From the IMG/VR virus record IMGVR_UViG_2885676553_000001, positions 1-40,626 of that record: a stretch of 40,626 nt of DNA. One strand, 5' to 3'. The position numbers were made by a program, and so were the translations under genes. Under the pieces are notes generated by a model, which ran no database searches, was not told the DNA's origin, and worked only from the letters and a program-made list of their open reading frames with translations. Below are positions 7,919-17,888 of the stretch, in pieces (the stretch's first letter is position 1; each line of letters opens with the position of its first letter). The DNA is from a virus.

Positions 7919-10900
7919 TTAAACGGTTCCTCCTTTCCAATAAGCATTGAACCTGTCTGTCCTGTCATTGTATTGCTTAACTTTTGGCGCAACTTTTGGA
8001 TAAAACTGGTCATCACCAACTTGCAGTACAAAGCTAAGTTTCGTGAGAAGATCAGCAATATTGTCCAACTTCTTTCCTAAATCATCTGTACCGTTGTTTT
8101 TACTTTCAGCAACATCACCATTGCCCAAGTTGTGATTAATGTTGGTAACAGCCTGACCTAGTAGTTGCCAAGCACGACTCGTTTTGGTTAATGGCAAAAT
8201 TGTCTCTGGCCCATCTTCACCAACAAGCGCATGAATTGGTCGTGTGATTAAGCCACCGTTGGCGTAACCGTGCCCCTGACCCAAGAAGCTAAGACTTGAT
8301 CCATAGCGATGTTTCGCATAGTTTAGTCCTGCAAGCATGTTGTCATAGCCGTTCCAAATATTTCCATGTCCCGGAAAAGCATTAGCAAGAAACGTACTCA
8401 TTTTGGTTTGCATTAACCCAAGTGCTGGGCCACTACCATCACCATCTGGATCTGCTCCAGGTTGCCGTGCTTTTTCGTTACCACCTGATTCTGTTTGAAT
8501 TTGCCGTAACACACGGTTAACCATTGAATCACTAGTGCCTAAGCCATTAGCCTTTAAGGCATCTTTAACTTGACCAGCCCAACGCTGTACGCCAGAACCG
8601 CTAGGAGCACCTAGTGTGTCTTGCAACTTTGTCAGTTCTTTTTTAAACCAGTCAACGACACTGCCTGTCAACTTACCAATAACGCCACTAGCTAAGTTGC
8701 TAAACATTTCAATGCCACCGGAAATGCCGCTAACGCTAGATTTAATTAGCTTTCCAACATTTTGAATTGGGTGCGCTAACCAGTCAGCTACTTCTTTAGC
8801 TTTATCCCAAGCGCCGCTGAAGAACTTGCCAATGTTACCGACCACACCGCCAAGATTATAGTGTTCAATTCCAGCCATATTCATGATGGCTTTGGTTTCT
8901 TTCCCATTGAAAACACGTGTTCCTTCTGGCAATAGTCCTGTGGCATTACGCTGTTGACTCATACCAACTTGACCATTGGGAAGCTGATACAGTTCTTTCC
9001 AGTCAGGCCCATTGCCATCGTTGACCATGACCAGATGCATCTTGCGCTCAACAATACCGCCTTGTTCAAAGTGAACAGGTGATAATTTGTGCAGAGCGCT
9101 TTTGCCAGTAAACTTTTCCCAGACCCAGTTAATACCACTGATTGCGCCATTAATGACATTGATAACCGCATTCATGCCATCTGCTGCAGCATTTTTAATG
9201 CCATCCCATATGCTGCCGAAGAAAGACTTCATACCTGACCAAGCACTATTCCAAACATCACCAATTGCACCTAATACTGATTTGATAACATTATGAATAC
9301 CGCCGAATACATCGCCAACAATCTTTTTCATGCCATTCCAGATATCACCCAGAGTGTGTTTTATATCAGACCATGCTTTCCCCCAGTTACCCGAAAGCAA
9401 ATCCAGCCCGACTTTCAACACATCTGTGACAACTTTGATGCCAGAACTAATAACGTCTTTAATCAGCTTCCATGCGGCTTTCAATGCTGTTCCAACGGTG
9501 TCCCATGTGCCCTTCCACAGGCCACCAATAACTTTTGCTATTAGTTCAAAGCTGCCTTTCATTAAGCCAACAAGCAAGTCAACAATTGGCTTAATCGCTT
9601 TCCATGCCACTTGGATGACTTTAACAATCAAAGCCCACGTGGTCTTAAATAGTTTACCAATCTGGTTGAGAATTGGTTTAATACTTTTCCACATTGCTTG
9701 CATTCCAGAAATAACAGCCTTCAGAGCTTGTTTTAGAGCATTACCAATAGCTTTAGCAACGTTATTAACTGCATCGTGAAAAGGCTTAATGTGCTTGTAG
9801 GCTTCATAGAATGCTAGTCCAGCAGCCGCAATAGCTAAAACGATCCCACCGGGCCCAGTTAATAACAGCTTCAACGAGCCTAATACTTTACTTGCACCGC
9901 CCAATCCATTAGCGCTTGACAGCTTGCTAAGAGCGCCAAAGTCTTTGATACCTCTTAGAGCGGTTATCCCTTTGAAAGCTCCTGCAACCGCTGCTGTAAA
10001 TTTAACAACTTTTGTCGTTGCCCATAACCCCAACAACGTTTTGGCAAGTGCCTGAATGCCGCTCTTATTCTTGGCAATGTTACTTAGGGCTGTTGCTACC
10101 TGATGTAGTGGGTTTACAGATTTTTGTGAATTTCCGGTTAAAGAGTTAAAACCTTTAGCCAATCCAGTTATGATAGATGCGATTGTTTTCCATACAGCTA
10201 ATCCAAAAGTTTTTGCGATGTCCAACAAGTTGCTTGCGATGCCGGTTACGTCTTTCTTGTGAGCAGCGATGTAGTCTAGTCCCTTTTTCGCCATGTTCGC
10301 AATGTACGCCAGACCCTTGCCCAGACTGGTAGCCGCATTTTGTACGACTGGACTAGTAAGTATAGATGATAAGCTTTCCATACCCGTATTTTTTACGTCA
10401 AGAAGTGGCGTCGTCATCTTCTTCTTTAGTTGGTCCCAGCCGGCCGCCAGCTGTGCTTTTGCTCCCTCTGCGGTCTTGCCAAACTCTTTATATACCTCTC
10501 CTGAGTCCTTGCCTGCTTTAGAGACCAGATTCATAAAATCAGTACTTGAAACTTTACCGTCTGCAACCATTTTCGCAAAAGCATCTTGCGATACACCGGC
10601 TGCCTTAGCAAGCTGTGCACCCAGTGCGGGCGCTTGCTTTTCCATTCGTGCCAAAGCAGTAGAAGTTAGAGAACCGCTAGCGACCACTCTAGTCATTGAC
10701 TTTGAGAGAGCTGATATTTGGTCTCCAGACATTCTAGACGCAGTGCCGATCGCGGTAACCCCGGCAGTGATATTTTCCGTCATCTGAGTGTTGCCATGAG
10801 TCATTGTATCAATGGTCTTTTGCATTCCACCAATCGTACTGATGGCTAAGCCAGACTTAGTAGTAAGGTCACTAACCTGACTACCTAATGATTTAACGTC

Positions 10901-11827
10901 ACTAGCAGACTTGCCCATTGCTGACCATGCAGCAGCGGATTTTTCGCCTGCTTCAGCAAGGTCTAACCCACTGGAAATAGTTGTCTTCATCACGGATGTA
11001 AGAGAACTGAAGCCATTGCTAATTGCATTGGTGACTAGACCACCAGCGACTATCTTTTTGAACAGGCTTGGCGTCTTTTCTGCTTGTTTGTTTGTTCCTT
11101 CAATCGCTGACTTGACCCGACTGAACATAGACGGATTAGCCTTGTCCATTTCAGTTTGCAAGCCGGTCATAGAAGACTTAGCTTTTGCTAAACTGGTAGC
11201 CGTCTCATCAACACGCGTCTTCTGTGTACGCCATGCGGCTGAATCCTTACCACTAGCACTGGCAATCTTATCCAACTCAGCCGACTGCTTGGACAGTTGC
11301 TCATTCAGATTGGTAATGGATGACTTATAGCCTTCCATTTTGGCTTTGTTAGCATCTTGTTGCTTGCCTTCAGCCTCTAAGCGCGTCACATAAGCTTGGT
11401 TAGCACGTGCAGCAGCTGTGTACTCTTGCTGTAAACCAGCTAAACCGGACTTTTGATAGTCCATCGCTTGCTTAGCACGGTCTTGCTGAGCTTGCATACT
11501 GGCCAGTTGCTTAGTGGCACCATCAATTTGCTGTTGATACTTCAAAAACTGTTGAGCAGTTTCACTAGTGTTACCCTTGAGTTCACTCTGCTTAGACTTT
11601 AAAGCATCAATCTTAGCCTGTTGTGACTCAATAGATTTACTCAAGCCTTCATATTTAGCTTTAGCAGCGCCAACTGCATCACCAGCGGATTTCATCTCCG
11701 CTTCTTGAGCTTTCCAAGCATTTTGACTCGAACGAACAACCGCTGTTAATGATTTGACGGATTCGCTTGCCGACAATAGATCAAGGGCAATCTTGGTGCT
11801 CATTGTTGCGTTAATTTGTTGTGCCAC
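7919..11827 (-). CDS. Tape measure protein with a C-terminal lytic transglycosylase (SLT-like) domain
   Basis: About 1300 aa with a coiled-coil Ala/Lys/Gln-rich N-terminus and W-x-x-I/K tandem repeats. SLT signature IQTESGGN...GLMQ is present. Probable GTG start at 11827 after AAAGGGTGA; the longest ORF reaches 11860. Confidence 0.9.
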   Translation of the reverse strand: MAQQINATMSTKIALDLLSASESVKSLTAVVRSSQNAWKAQEAEMKSAGDAVGAAKAKYEGLSKSIESQQAKIDALKSKQSELKGNTSETAQQFLKYQQQIDGATKQLASMQAQQDRAKQAMDYQKSGLAGLQQEYTAAARANQAYVTRLEAEGKQQDANKAKMEGYKSSITNLNEQLSKQSAELDKIASASGKDSAAWRTQKTRVDETATSLAKAKSSMTGLQTEMDKANPSMFSRVKSAIEGTNKQAEKTPSLFKKIVAGGLVTNAISNGFSSLTSVMKTTISSGLDLAEAGEKSAAAWSAMGKSASDVKSLGSQVSDLTTKSGLAISTIGGMQKTIDTMTHGNTQMTENITAGVTAIGTASRMSGDQISALSKSMTRVVASGSLTSTALARMEKQAPALGAQLAKAAGVSQDAFAKMVADGKVSSTDFMNLVSKAGKDSGEVYKEFGKTAEGAKAQLAAGWDQLKKKMTTPLLDVKNTGMESLSSILTSPVVQNAATSLGKGLAYIANMAKKGLDYIAAHKKDVTGIASNLLDIAKTFGLAVWKTIASIITGLAKGFNSLTGNSQKSVNPLHQVATALSNIAKNKSGIQALAKTLLGLWATTKVVKFTAAVAGAFKGITALRGIKDFGALSKLSSANGLGGASKVLGSLKLLLTGPGGIVLAIAAAGLAFYEAYKHIKPFHDAVNNVAKAIGNALKQALKAVISGMQAMWKSIKPILNQIGKLFKTTWALIVKVIQVAWKAIKPIVDLLVGLMKGSFELIAKVIGGLWKGTWDTVGTALKAAWKLIKDVISSGIKVVTDVLKVGLDLLSGNWGKAWSDIKHTLGDIWNGMKKIVGDVFGGIHNVIKSVLGAIGDVWNSAWSGMKSFFGSIWDGIKNAAADGMNAVINVINGAISGINWVWEKFTGKSALHKLSPVHFEQGGIVERKMHLVMVNDGNGPDWKELYQLPNGQVGMSQQRNATGLLPEGTRVFNGKETKAIMNMAGIEHYNLGGVVGNIGKFFSGAWDKAKEVADWLAHPIQNVGKLIKSSVSGISGGIEMFSNLASGVIGKLTGSVVDWFKKELTKLQDTLGAPSGSGVQRWAGQVKDALKANGLGTSDSMVNRVLRQIQTESGGNEKARQPGADPDGDGSGPALGLMQTKMSTFLANAFPGHGNIWNGYDNMLAGLNYAKHRYGSSLSFLGQGHGYANGGLITRPIHALVGEDGPETILPLTKTSRAWQLLGQAVTNINHNLGNGDVAESKNNGTDDLGKKLDNIADLLTKLSFVLQVGDDQFYPKVAPKVKQYNDRTDRFNAYWKGGTV

Positions 11828-11832
11828 TTTAA

Positions 11833-12078
11833 TCACCCTTTCTCTTGGTATTGCTTCCACATAATTGCCGGATCAATTGGACGATCTTTCTTATCCTTGG
11901 CAGACATCATTTCCAGCATTTCAAAATAATCAGCATCATCAAAATCCTGCATTGACCAATGAAAATACATGACTGCCTGCTTTTTCATCCATCTAAAATC
12001 TTGCAGCTGATTTTCAAGCTCATAAACTTTGACAGCTGGATTAATCTTTGCTTTTGCTGGCGTCCTGCTTCTTGGCAG
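11833..12078 (-). CDS. Frameshift extension of the tail assembly chaperone (gpT-like part)
   Basis: Stop-free frame from 12078 to the TGA at 11833 fills the apparent gap between the chaperone and the tape measure. It is offset +1 relative to the chaperone frame. Confidence 0.5.
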   Translation of the reverse strand: MPRSRTPAKAKINPAVKVYELENQLQDFRWMKKQAVMYFHWSMQDFDDADYFEMLEMMSAKDKKDRPIDPAIMWKQYQEKG

Positions 12079-12391
12079 CTAAGTCAATATCCTCATCACT
12101 CATGCCCATCATGCGTTCAAAAGTGTAATTAACCACTTTAATGGTGTCAGCAAATTCTAGATCCCCAAGCTTGTCCGTTTCTTGCTTGTTCAGGTTTAAA
12201 ACGGTGGTCAAGAAGTCGATTGAATCGTGCAGCATACCACGCTGCATTTTAATAATTTCTACCGGTTCCATATCAGCAATATCGTCTGCCTTGGCCATGA
12301 GCAATTGCAGATCATACATCTTTTCCATGTTGCGATTACTGGTTTTAACTTCGTGTACACGGTTGCTAAGTTGACTAACTTTAATTTTCAT
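12041..12391 (-). CDS. Tail assembly chaperone (gpG-like)
   Basis: Acidic 116-aa product lying between the major tail protein and the tape measure. Start chosen at MKIKVSQ; the longest ORF reaches 12490. Confidence 0.65.
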   Translation of the reverse strand: MKIKVSQLSNRVHEVKTSNRNMEKMYDLQLLMAKADDIADMEPVEIIKMQRGMLHDSIDFLTTVLNLNKQETDKLGDLEFADTIKVVNYTFERMMGMSDEDIDLAAKKQDASKSKD

Positions 12392-12535
12392 CTGTAATAC
12401 CATCCTTTGTATTTGATAAGGTCGCTGTGGTGAATCGGACACCACCAAGTTCACCAGAAAGCGACTTTTGAGCATAAAAAAATAGCGCACGTTCGTGAGC
12501 CATTCATCAGTTGTTGCTATGAAATTGTGTCAGCA

Positions 12536-13156
12536 TTATTTAGCTGGAGTTGTAGTGGTACCAGCTGGCAATACGTATCCGCCGAACACTTCTTTGTACA
12601 TGTTGGCTTTATCAAACCCGCTATCAAGATCGCTATAAATCTTGTACGGCTGATTGTTAAAGGCCGTAGTAGAAAGCGCTGTGTAAGTCAAAGCGTCATC
12701 TACACGTTGTTCTGCTGCCGCATCAGTCTGAATGTTAGCTGCGGTTTCGGTCATGACGCCATCGCCAAAGCCATAGTAAACAAAGTGCAACCGATCAATG
12801 GTTTGAGTGGTAATAAGTAAGGCCACATGAGCCTTCAAATTCTCATCCGTATAGCCGCCCTTGCTATCACTGACAAATCCTTTGATTTGCTGCTTGATTG
12901 CAAAGTCCAAGTTGTTAATATCTAGAGCTACTGATGGCTCTGAAGTACCAACAGTAACGTCTTGGACGTTGTTGTTGCCATAAGTCTTAGCAATGGTACC
13001 TGCTAAGCCTGTAATGTTGGCAGTTTTAGCACCTAAATCTTTGTGATCGACAGTATAGATACCATCAGTGCCTAATCCTGCTCCAGTACCAGAAATAAGC
13101 TTTTGCGATCCATCTACCAAAGCTAACTGGATTTGATATAAACCTACTGTTGCCAT
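12536..13156 (-). CDS. Major tail protein
   Basis: 206 aa with SD AGGAGG. Its position and composition are typical of siphovirus major tail proteins. Confidence 0.8.
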   Translation of the reverse strand: MATVGLYQIQLALVDGSQKLISGTGAGLGTDGIYTVDHKDLGAKTANITGLAGTIAKTYGNNNVQDVTVGTSEPSVALDINNLDFAIKQQIKGFVSDSKGGYTDENLKAHVALLITTQTIDRLHFVYYGFGDGVMTETAANIQTDAAAEQRVDDALTYTALSTTAFNNQPYKIYSDLDSGFDKANMYKEVFGGYVLPAGTTTTPAK

Positions 13157-13167
13157 TTGAATGCCTC

Positions 13168-13539
13168 CTAAATATTCTTTGTTCTGCTGAAATAAAACGT
13201 GTTAAAAAGTTGCTGTGTGTCTGGATCTAATGTACGTTGTCTAACCGCGGCTACCTGCCAATGCTGATGAGTAAAAGTCTTCATCATGGCTATCTCAATG
13301 GTTTCAGGATCAGAATCAAGCAATTGTGAGTACCAAATCTGTACTTCTACTTCCTGATTTAATGCCCATAAATCGTTGTCACCATATGCAGCCGGATCAT
13401 TAGCAGCATCAGTAATCAGCACGACTGTTTTGTCCAAACTATCGACTAATTCTTGTGGCAAATTGTTGCCTTCAACTGCATCAATACCAGCAATACTTGA
13501 TTGGCTAAGCATTTTTACCGCATCATCTACGGCGCTCAT
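13168..13539 (-). CDS. Tail-completion / head-tail joining protein
   Basis: 123 aa, translationally coupled within the connector gene block. Confidence 0.55.
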   Translation of the reverse strand: MSAVDDAVKMLSQSSIAGIDAVEGNNLPQELVDSLDKTVVLITDAANDPAAYGDNDLWALNQEVEVQIWYSQLLDSDPETIEIAMMKTFTHQHWQVAAVRQRTLDPDTQQLFNTFYFSRTKNI

Positions 13540-13955
13540 TCATCCCCACCACCATTCGCTTTGGCAATCATTGCCTGATATTTCTCAGCTTCAGCGGCAA
13601 ATACAGCATCTTTGGCATCGTCACGGGCATCATCAACAAAATGGTCGCCATGAAGCTTCTTTGTCCCATCATTAAGGAAACGTGCAACGAATGCTTTCTT
13701 GCCAAATCCGACCGTTGAGCTGCCATTATGGTCACCGTCAATATCTCCCGCAGCACTACTGATGTCCTCGCTCAAATGTCCATACTTGCCACCGTCTCCC
13801 TTAGTGTTTGGGTGCTTTTCTTTGGTGGTCTCAGCTAGCTTTTTGGCGTAAACATCAGCACCAGCCTTGGTAATCTTCTCTTGGTCAGATACAGAAAGCT
13901 GTGCGGCCTTTGATACTTGCTTAAGCCACTGACCAAGTGCCTCATCCATATCCAC
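13536..13955 (-). CDS. HK97 gp10-like head-tail joining protein
   Basis: 139 aa with a GTG start after AAGGGGG. Position matches the gp10 family slot. Confidence 0.6.
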   Translation of the reverse strand: MDMDEALGQWLKQVSKAAQLSVSDQEKITKAGADVYAKKLAETTKEKHPNTKGDGGKYGHLSEDISSAAGDIDGDHNGSSTVGFGKKAFVARFLNDGTKKLHGDHFVDDARDDAKDAVFAAEAEKYQAMIAKANGGGDE

Positions 13956-13957
13956 GG

Positions 13958-14299
13958 TTACGCCCCCTTAGTTGTTTTGACTAGGGTCAGATAGTCATAA
14001 CGAATAGCATCGTTACTGTCGTCCGGGCTAATATCCGAAATGTCATACACAACACCATCAAGGCGTGCCTGTTTCTGATTAATGTTTCTAGCATCATGAC
14101 GGACTATGATGGTGATTGAATTATCCAAGCGTGTGCCCACAAGCGTGTACTGCTGTGTGAGTGTTCGTTTCTGCTGTTTGAAATGCAGGCTATAAGCCGG
14201 CACAAAGCTGGTTACATTAATGCCGGCACCAGTCTTGCGTGATTGTGGAGAGCCGAGATCAACCTTGCGGCTGAAATCTGCTACTTTAAATTTAGCCAT
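13958..14299 (-). CDS. Head closure protein (SPP1 gp16-like)
   Basis: 113 aa starting MAKFKVADF. Position and sequence style fit the head-closure family. Confidence 0.6.
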   Translation of the reverse strand: MAKFKVADFSRKVDLGSPQSRKTGAGINVTSFVPAYSLHFKQQKRTLTQQYTLVGTRLDNSITIIVRHDARNINQKQARLDGVVYDISDISPDDSNDAIRYDYLTLVKTTKGA

Positions 14300-14624
14300 T
14301 AGCCTCACCAGATTTCGCTGCTTGATCGCGCTGAATCTTCCAACGAATACTATTGATCATGTAAGCATAGCTGGGCGGATAGGCCTTGTTTTGATCGGAT
14401 AGGGCACCGCGTGAGTAATACATGTAGTCAACAAGTACCCGAACCGCTTGATTAAACAACGGATATGCCCTATAAACATCAATCCCAATCGTGTCATCAA
14501 TGGCCCCGGTAACTGCATCCTCTGCGGTACTGATCATATCGGCAAGAATTGAAGCATCGCCATCGGCGTCAAGGTTAAGATATTTTTGCATGTCTTCCGG
14601 GGTAACCCCTTGACCATCTGCCAT
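14292..14624 (-). CDS. Head-tail connector (gp6-like)
   Basis: 110 aa with SD AAGGGAGGG, directly after the capsid gene. Confidence 0.6.
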   Translation of the reverse strand: MADGQGVTPEDMQKYLNLDADGDASILADMISTAEDAVTGAIDDTIGIDVYRAYPLFNQAVRVLVDYMYYSRGALSDQNKAYPPSYAYMINSIRWKIQRDQAAKSGEANG

Positions 14625-14695
14625 ATTCAGCCCTCCCTTAATAGCCGCCCGTCGTATCGACGAATTGTTTATTTCTTAGGCGACTAACAATCGTA

Positions 14696-15874
14696 TTACT
14701 TACCAGCAACGGAACCAGATGCAGAATCTGTGTTGGTTACAAAATAGCCGGCATTGCTATCGGCCTTTTCGACGCCAAACCGGAAAGCAGCCCCAAGATA
14801 TTGGCCCCAAATTTTGTCGTCAATCCATGCAAGCGTTACCTGTTGACGATCCGTAAACAGGACACCGCGCTTCAGATCACCAACGAATGCCTTTTGATCA
14901 CCTGCAGCAGAGCCGAGAAGAGCATCGCCAACAACATATACGGGCACGCCAAGAACGGTGCCCTTAGCAGTTCCGTCAGTAATAGAATCGGAGGCGTCAT
15001 GAAGCAAGTAACGGCCGTTCTTGTCCTTCAAAGTATCGAGTGTGTTGAACAAGGACTGAGTAACCACAAGCGTACGGCTATATGCTGGGTCAAGATCAAC
15101 GTTCAGAATGTGCTTGAGGCTGTCTACCAAAGTGTCTGTGGTGGTAGCCTTGGCCGTGAACGACTGCAATACAGGCGCAATCATCGCATTGTAAGTGTTG
15201 ACAGACTTTTCCTTAATAGATTGACCAACAAGCGCAGTCAAATCGACTTCTGAATCGGCGATGGCTTCTTCTGAAAGTGGGATGTCCCCGCGATACGTGG
15301 TCACCGACCAATCCACTTGAGTGAAATCAGGTTCAGCAAGCGCTGGGTTTTCAGCCAGCTCTGCCACGCTAGAAAAGCGATCGGTTGCCCGTTTCAAAAT
15401 CGGGTATGTGCCCTTAAGAGTAGTAACCGGCGTCTTGGTAACCAAGGTGGACAAATCCACAACTGAATTTACTTCTGTGGTAGGGTCATAGATGATTTCT
15501 TCCGGAATCAGCACGCCTGCTTCTGTCGAAGTGACGTGACCGGCTGCAGCATCAACCACCTTGCCATGGCTATGGATGAAGTCGTTGATAGCTTTCTTCT
15601 TGGCGTCAATTGGCTTTTTCTTTAAGTCGGTACCATTCGGATTAGCCTTGTCGTTTGGCTTGCCAGAGTTAGAATCATCCTTATTTTCAGCTTCAAGTGC
15701 TTTAATCTGATCGTTGATAGCGTCCCGGCGTGCCTTCGCAGCGGTCAAGTCATCCTTGATCTTTTGAAAATCGTCAACCGAAGCGTTTTCGTCTTGTAGC
15801 TTTGCGTTAAGCTGAGCGTTCAAATCAGCGCACTTTGCGCTGACATCGTTAAAAAGCGTTTGTAATTTGTCCAT
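14696..15874 (-). CDS. Major capsid protein (HK97 fold family)
   Basis: 392 aa with SD AAAGGAGG. It has an N-terminal coiled-coil delta-like region followed by a capsid-like core, and follows the ClpP-like protease. Confidence 0.85.
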   Translation of the reverse strand: MDKLQTLFNDVSAKCADLNAQLNAKLQDENASVDDFQKIKDDLTAAKARRDAINDQIKALEAENKDDSNSGKPNDKANPNGTDLKKKPIDAKKKAINDFIHSHGKVVDAAAGHVTSTEAGVLIPEEIIYDPTTEVNSVVDLSTLVTKTPVTTLKGTYPILKRATDRFSSVAELAENPALAEPDFTQVDWSVTTYRGDIPLSEEAIADSEVDLTALVGQSIKEKSVNTYNAMIAPVLQSFTAKATTTDTLVDSLKHILNVDLDPAYSRTLVVTQSLFNTLDTLKDKNGRYLLHDASDSITDGTAKGTVLGVPVYVVGDALLGSAAGDQKAFVGDLKRGVLFTDRQQVTLAWIDDKIWGQYLGAAFRFGVEKADSNAGYFVTNTDSASGSVAGK

Positions 15875-16560
15875 TATTGGACCTCCTTTTTTTCATAAAA
15901 AATAGCCAGCTTCTTGTTTAGCAGATCGTTCTGCTTTGGAAGTTGACTACGTAGCTTTTTATTTTCATCTTTCAGATTCTTAATTCGTTGAACTGCTTGA
16001 TGCGAAATAATCGGGCCCACCGCATTTACAATTGGCGTATCGAAGTCTAGCTTTTCATCTGCCAATCCTAGTTCGACAGCTTGATCAGCGTCTAGCCAAG
16101 TTTCTTTATCCATCAATGCTAAAAAGTCATCGGCAGGTTTCCCAGTCTTTGCAGAGTACAGGCTTGCAATTGCGCTATCGGTAGTTTGCAGCATTCCAGA
16201 AGCTGCATCCATCTCGTGCGAATTACCACTAGCATCACTTGATGCTCGATGAATCATCATCTTAGCACCGGGCGCCATCTGAACTTTGTCAGCGCCCATG
16301 GCAACAATTGTTGCGGCAGAATATGCATTTGATACGATCTTTGCCGTTACATTGCCTTTATAATCACGCAGTGCGTTGCATACTTCTGTAGCTGGGTCAA
16401 CTTCCCCGCCATCTGACGCTATTTCTAATACAACATCAGACCCGTCATTTGGAAGTGATTGAACAATATCGGATGGAGATGTTACAGTCATTCCTAACCA
16501 ATCACGATAAATAGGGGCAGAATCATCGCTTGTAATGTAGCCCTTAATAGGAATAATCAC
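15874..16560 (-). CDS. ClpP-like prohead serine protease
   Basis: 228 aa with a GTG start after GGGAGGTGA. ClpP-like motifs are present (SNAYSAATIVAMGADK, MIHRAS). Confidence 0.85.
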   Translation of the reverse strand: MIIPIKGYITSDDSAPIYRDWLGMTVTSPSDIVQSLPNDGSDVVLEIASDGGEVDPATEVCNALRDYKGNVTAKIVSNAYSAATIVAMGADKVQMAPGAKMMIHRASSDASGNSHEMDAASGMLQTTDSAIASLYSAKTGKPADDFLALMDKETWLDADQAVELGLADEKLDFDTPIVNAVGPIISHQAVQRIKNLKDENKKLRSQLPKQNDLLNKKLAIFYEKKEVQ

Positions 16561-17708
16561 TTATCATCACCTCCCTTCGTTTGGTTAGTAAGTGGCTCGA
16601 ACTCAGGTAAGTTGTCTGGCAAAAATCCAGATCGGGTGAGTATAAATTGTGCCTGTTCGGCACCTAGCACCCCAGACTTAGCAAGATTTGATACCTGGTT
16701 GATCAGTGTTGAGTCGTCAACATCCAACATGTCTTTGATATCCAATTCAAGGTCAGGTGCATTCATCTTCAAACGCAGCTCATCCACGATTGGATTTACA
16801 TATGAGTTTAAGTTTGCCAGATATGTTGCCTTGATTTGGTCAATGTTGGAATGTTGGCTTTCAGTTGAAGTGCCGCCACCCAAAATATCGCTAGGTACAC
16901 CAAAGGCCTTGGAGATTTGATCAGCAGAGTATGCTGAATTGTCAGCCAAGGCCTTAAATACATCCGTCTTCATTTCAAGCTGGGTGTAATCGAACCCATC
17001 GGGTAAAACCATCAAGCGACCGGAGTTATCACCAGTGTTGGCTTTCTCAAACTCTTCGCGGGCGGCTTCTAGGTCTTTACCATCGCTTAAATAGTTGCTG
17101 ATTTTGAGCTGTCCGGCAGGATTAATCTGGTTTTCCATGGCACTCATGTTACTTTTAGAGGCTTTATCGTCCAAATTAAGAGCGTTTTGCAAGCTCTCTA
17201 AAGGCGATCGGCCAATCAAATACCGATATTGTGGGTCTGGCATGAGCCTAAAATGCAGCATTTGGTCTTGCCTAAGCACCATTTGAGGCCGATTATTGCT
17301 CTCTAAAACCGTGTAAATGATGCCTGTATTGCCTGGCAAGTAGTTAATTTGGACATCAGAGTTAGGAATATGCTCCAGATTCTGCCCAACTAACGGGATA
17401 TAGTCGTTGCCCGACAAGCACAACTGCATCAACGCACCTTGCCAAAAAGAAAACCGGCCTATCAAGCCGCTAGGGCTCTCAAGTCGGTTCAATGTTGCGG
17501 TATTTTCGGTCTTGAAGTGCGCCGAGGCAACATCACTAGCAATACGGTTGATTACACTATAAACATTAGTGTTTTGCAAAGCCGACAGCGCCGAAACATA
17601 AGAAAGTTGCATACCGCCAACCGTTGTCGTGAAAAACGCAGGATTGCTTGGATAAGCCATGTTTTTGGCTTTACGTTTGTTGAAATTTTTAGGGGTTAGA
17701 AGTCCCAT
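16557..17708 (-). CDS. Portal protein (HK97-type)
   Basis: 383 aa with SD GGGGGTGA, lying between TerL and the protease. Confidence 0.85.
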   Translation of the reverse strand: MGLLTPKNFNKRKAKNMAYPSNPAFFTTTVGGMQLSYVSALSALQNTNVYSVINRIASDVASAHFKTENTATLNRLESPSGLIGRFSFWQGALMQLCLSGNDYIPLVGQNLEHIPNSDVQINYLPGNTGIIYTVLESNNRPQMVLRQDQMLHFRLMPDPQYRYLIGRSPLESLQNALNLDDKASKSNMSAMENQINPAGQLKISNYLSDGKDLEAAREEFEKANTGDNSGRLMVLPDGFDYTQLEMKTDVFKALADNSAYSADQISKAFGVPSDILGGGTSTESQHSNIDQIKATYLANLNSYVNPIVDELRLKMNAPDLELDIKDMLDVDDSTLINQVSNLAKSGVLGAEQAQFILTRSGFLPDNLPEFEPLTNQTKGGDDK

Positions 17709-17714
17709 TTAGAT

Positions 17715-17888
17715 TCACCCCCTTTCTTTGTCCAGAATATAGGCAGCTAAGCACAACTCAAAGCCCGATGCTAGATAACCAATAACAACATTAAAGGTGA
17801 ATGCCGCCACTGCAATCAGTGCCAAGCCGGTGATGAATAGCATCACCGTGCCCCAACTGCTGAACAAATTGCTAATAATCTTTGCCAT
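17715..17888 (-). CDS. Small hydrophobic protein (57 aa)
   Basis: ORF below the track cutoff: MAKIISNLFSSWGTVMLFITGLALIAVAAFTFNVVIGYLASGF.... TAATG overlap with the TerL stop. Confidence 0.4.
   Translation of the reverse strand: MAKIISNLFSSWGTVMLFITGLALIAVAAFTFNVVIGYLASGFELCLAAYILDKERG

Noticed and set aside
9087-11330. Five plus-strand ORFs (69-164 aa) inside the tape measure gene
   Set aside because: They are antisense shadow frames of a long repetitive gene. They have no SDs and low-complexity Ser/Pro/Ala/Phe-rich products.
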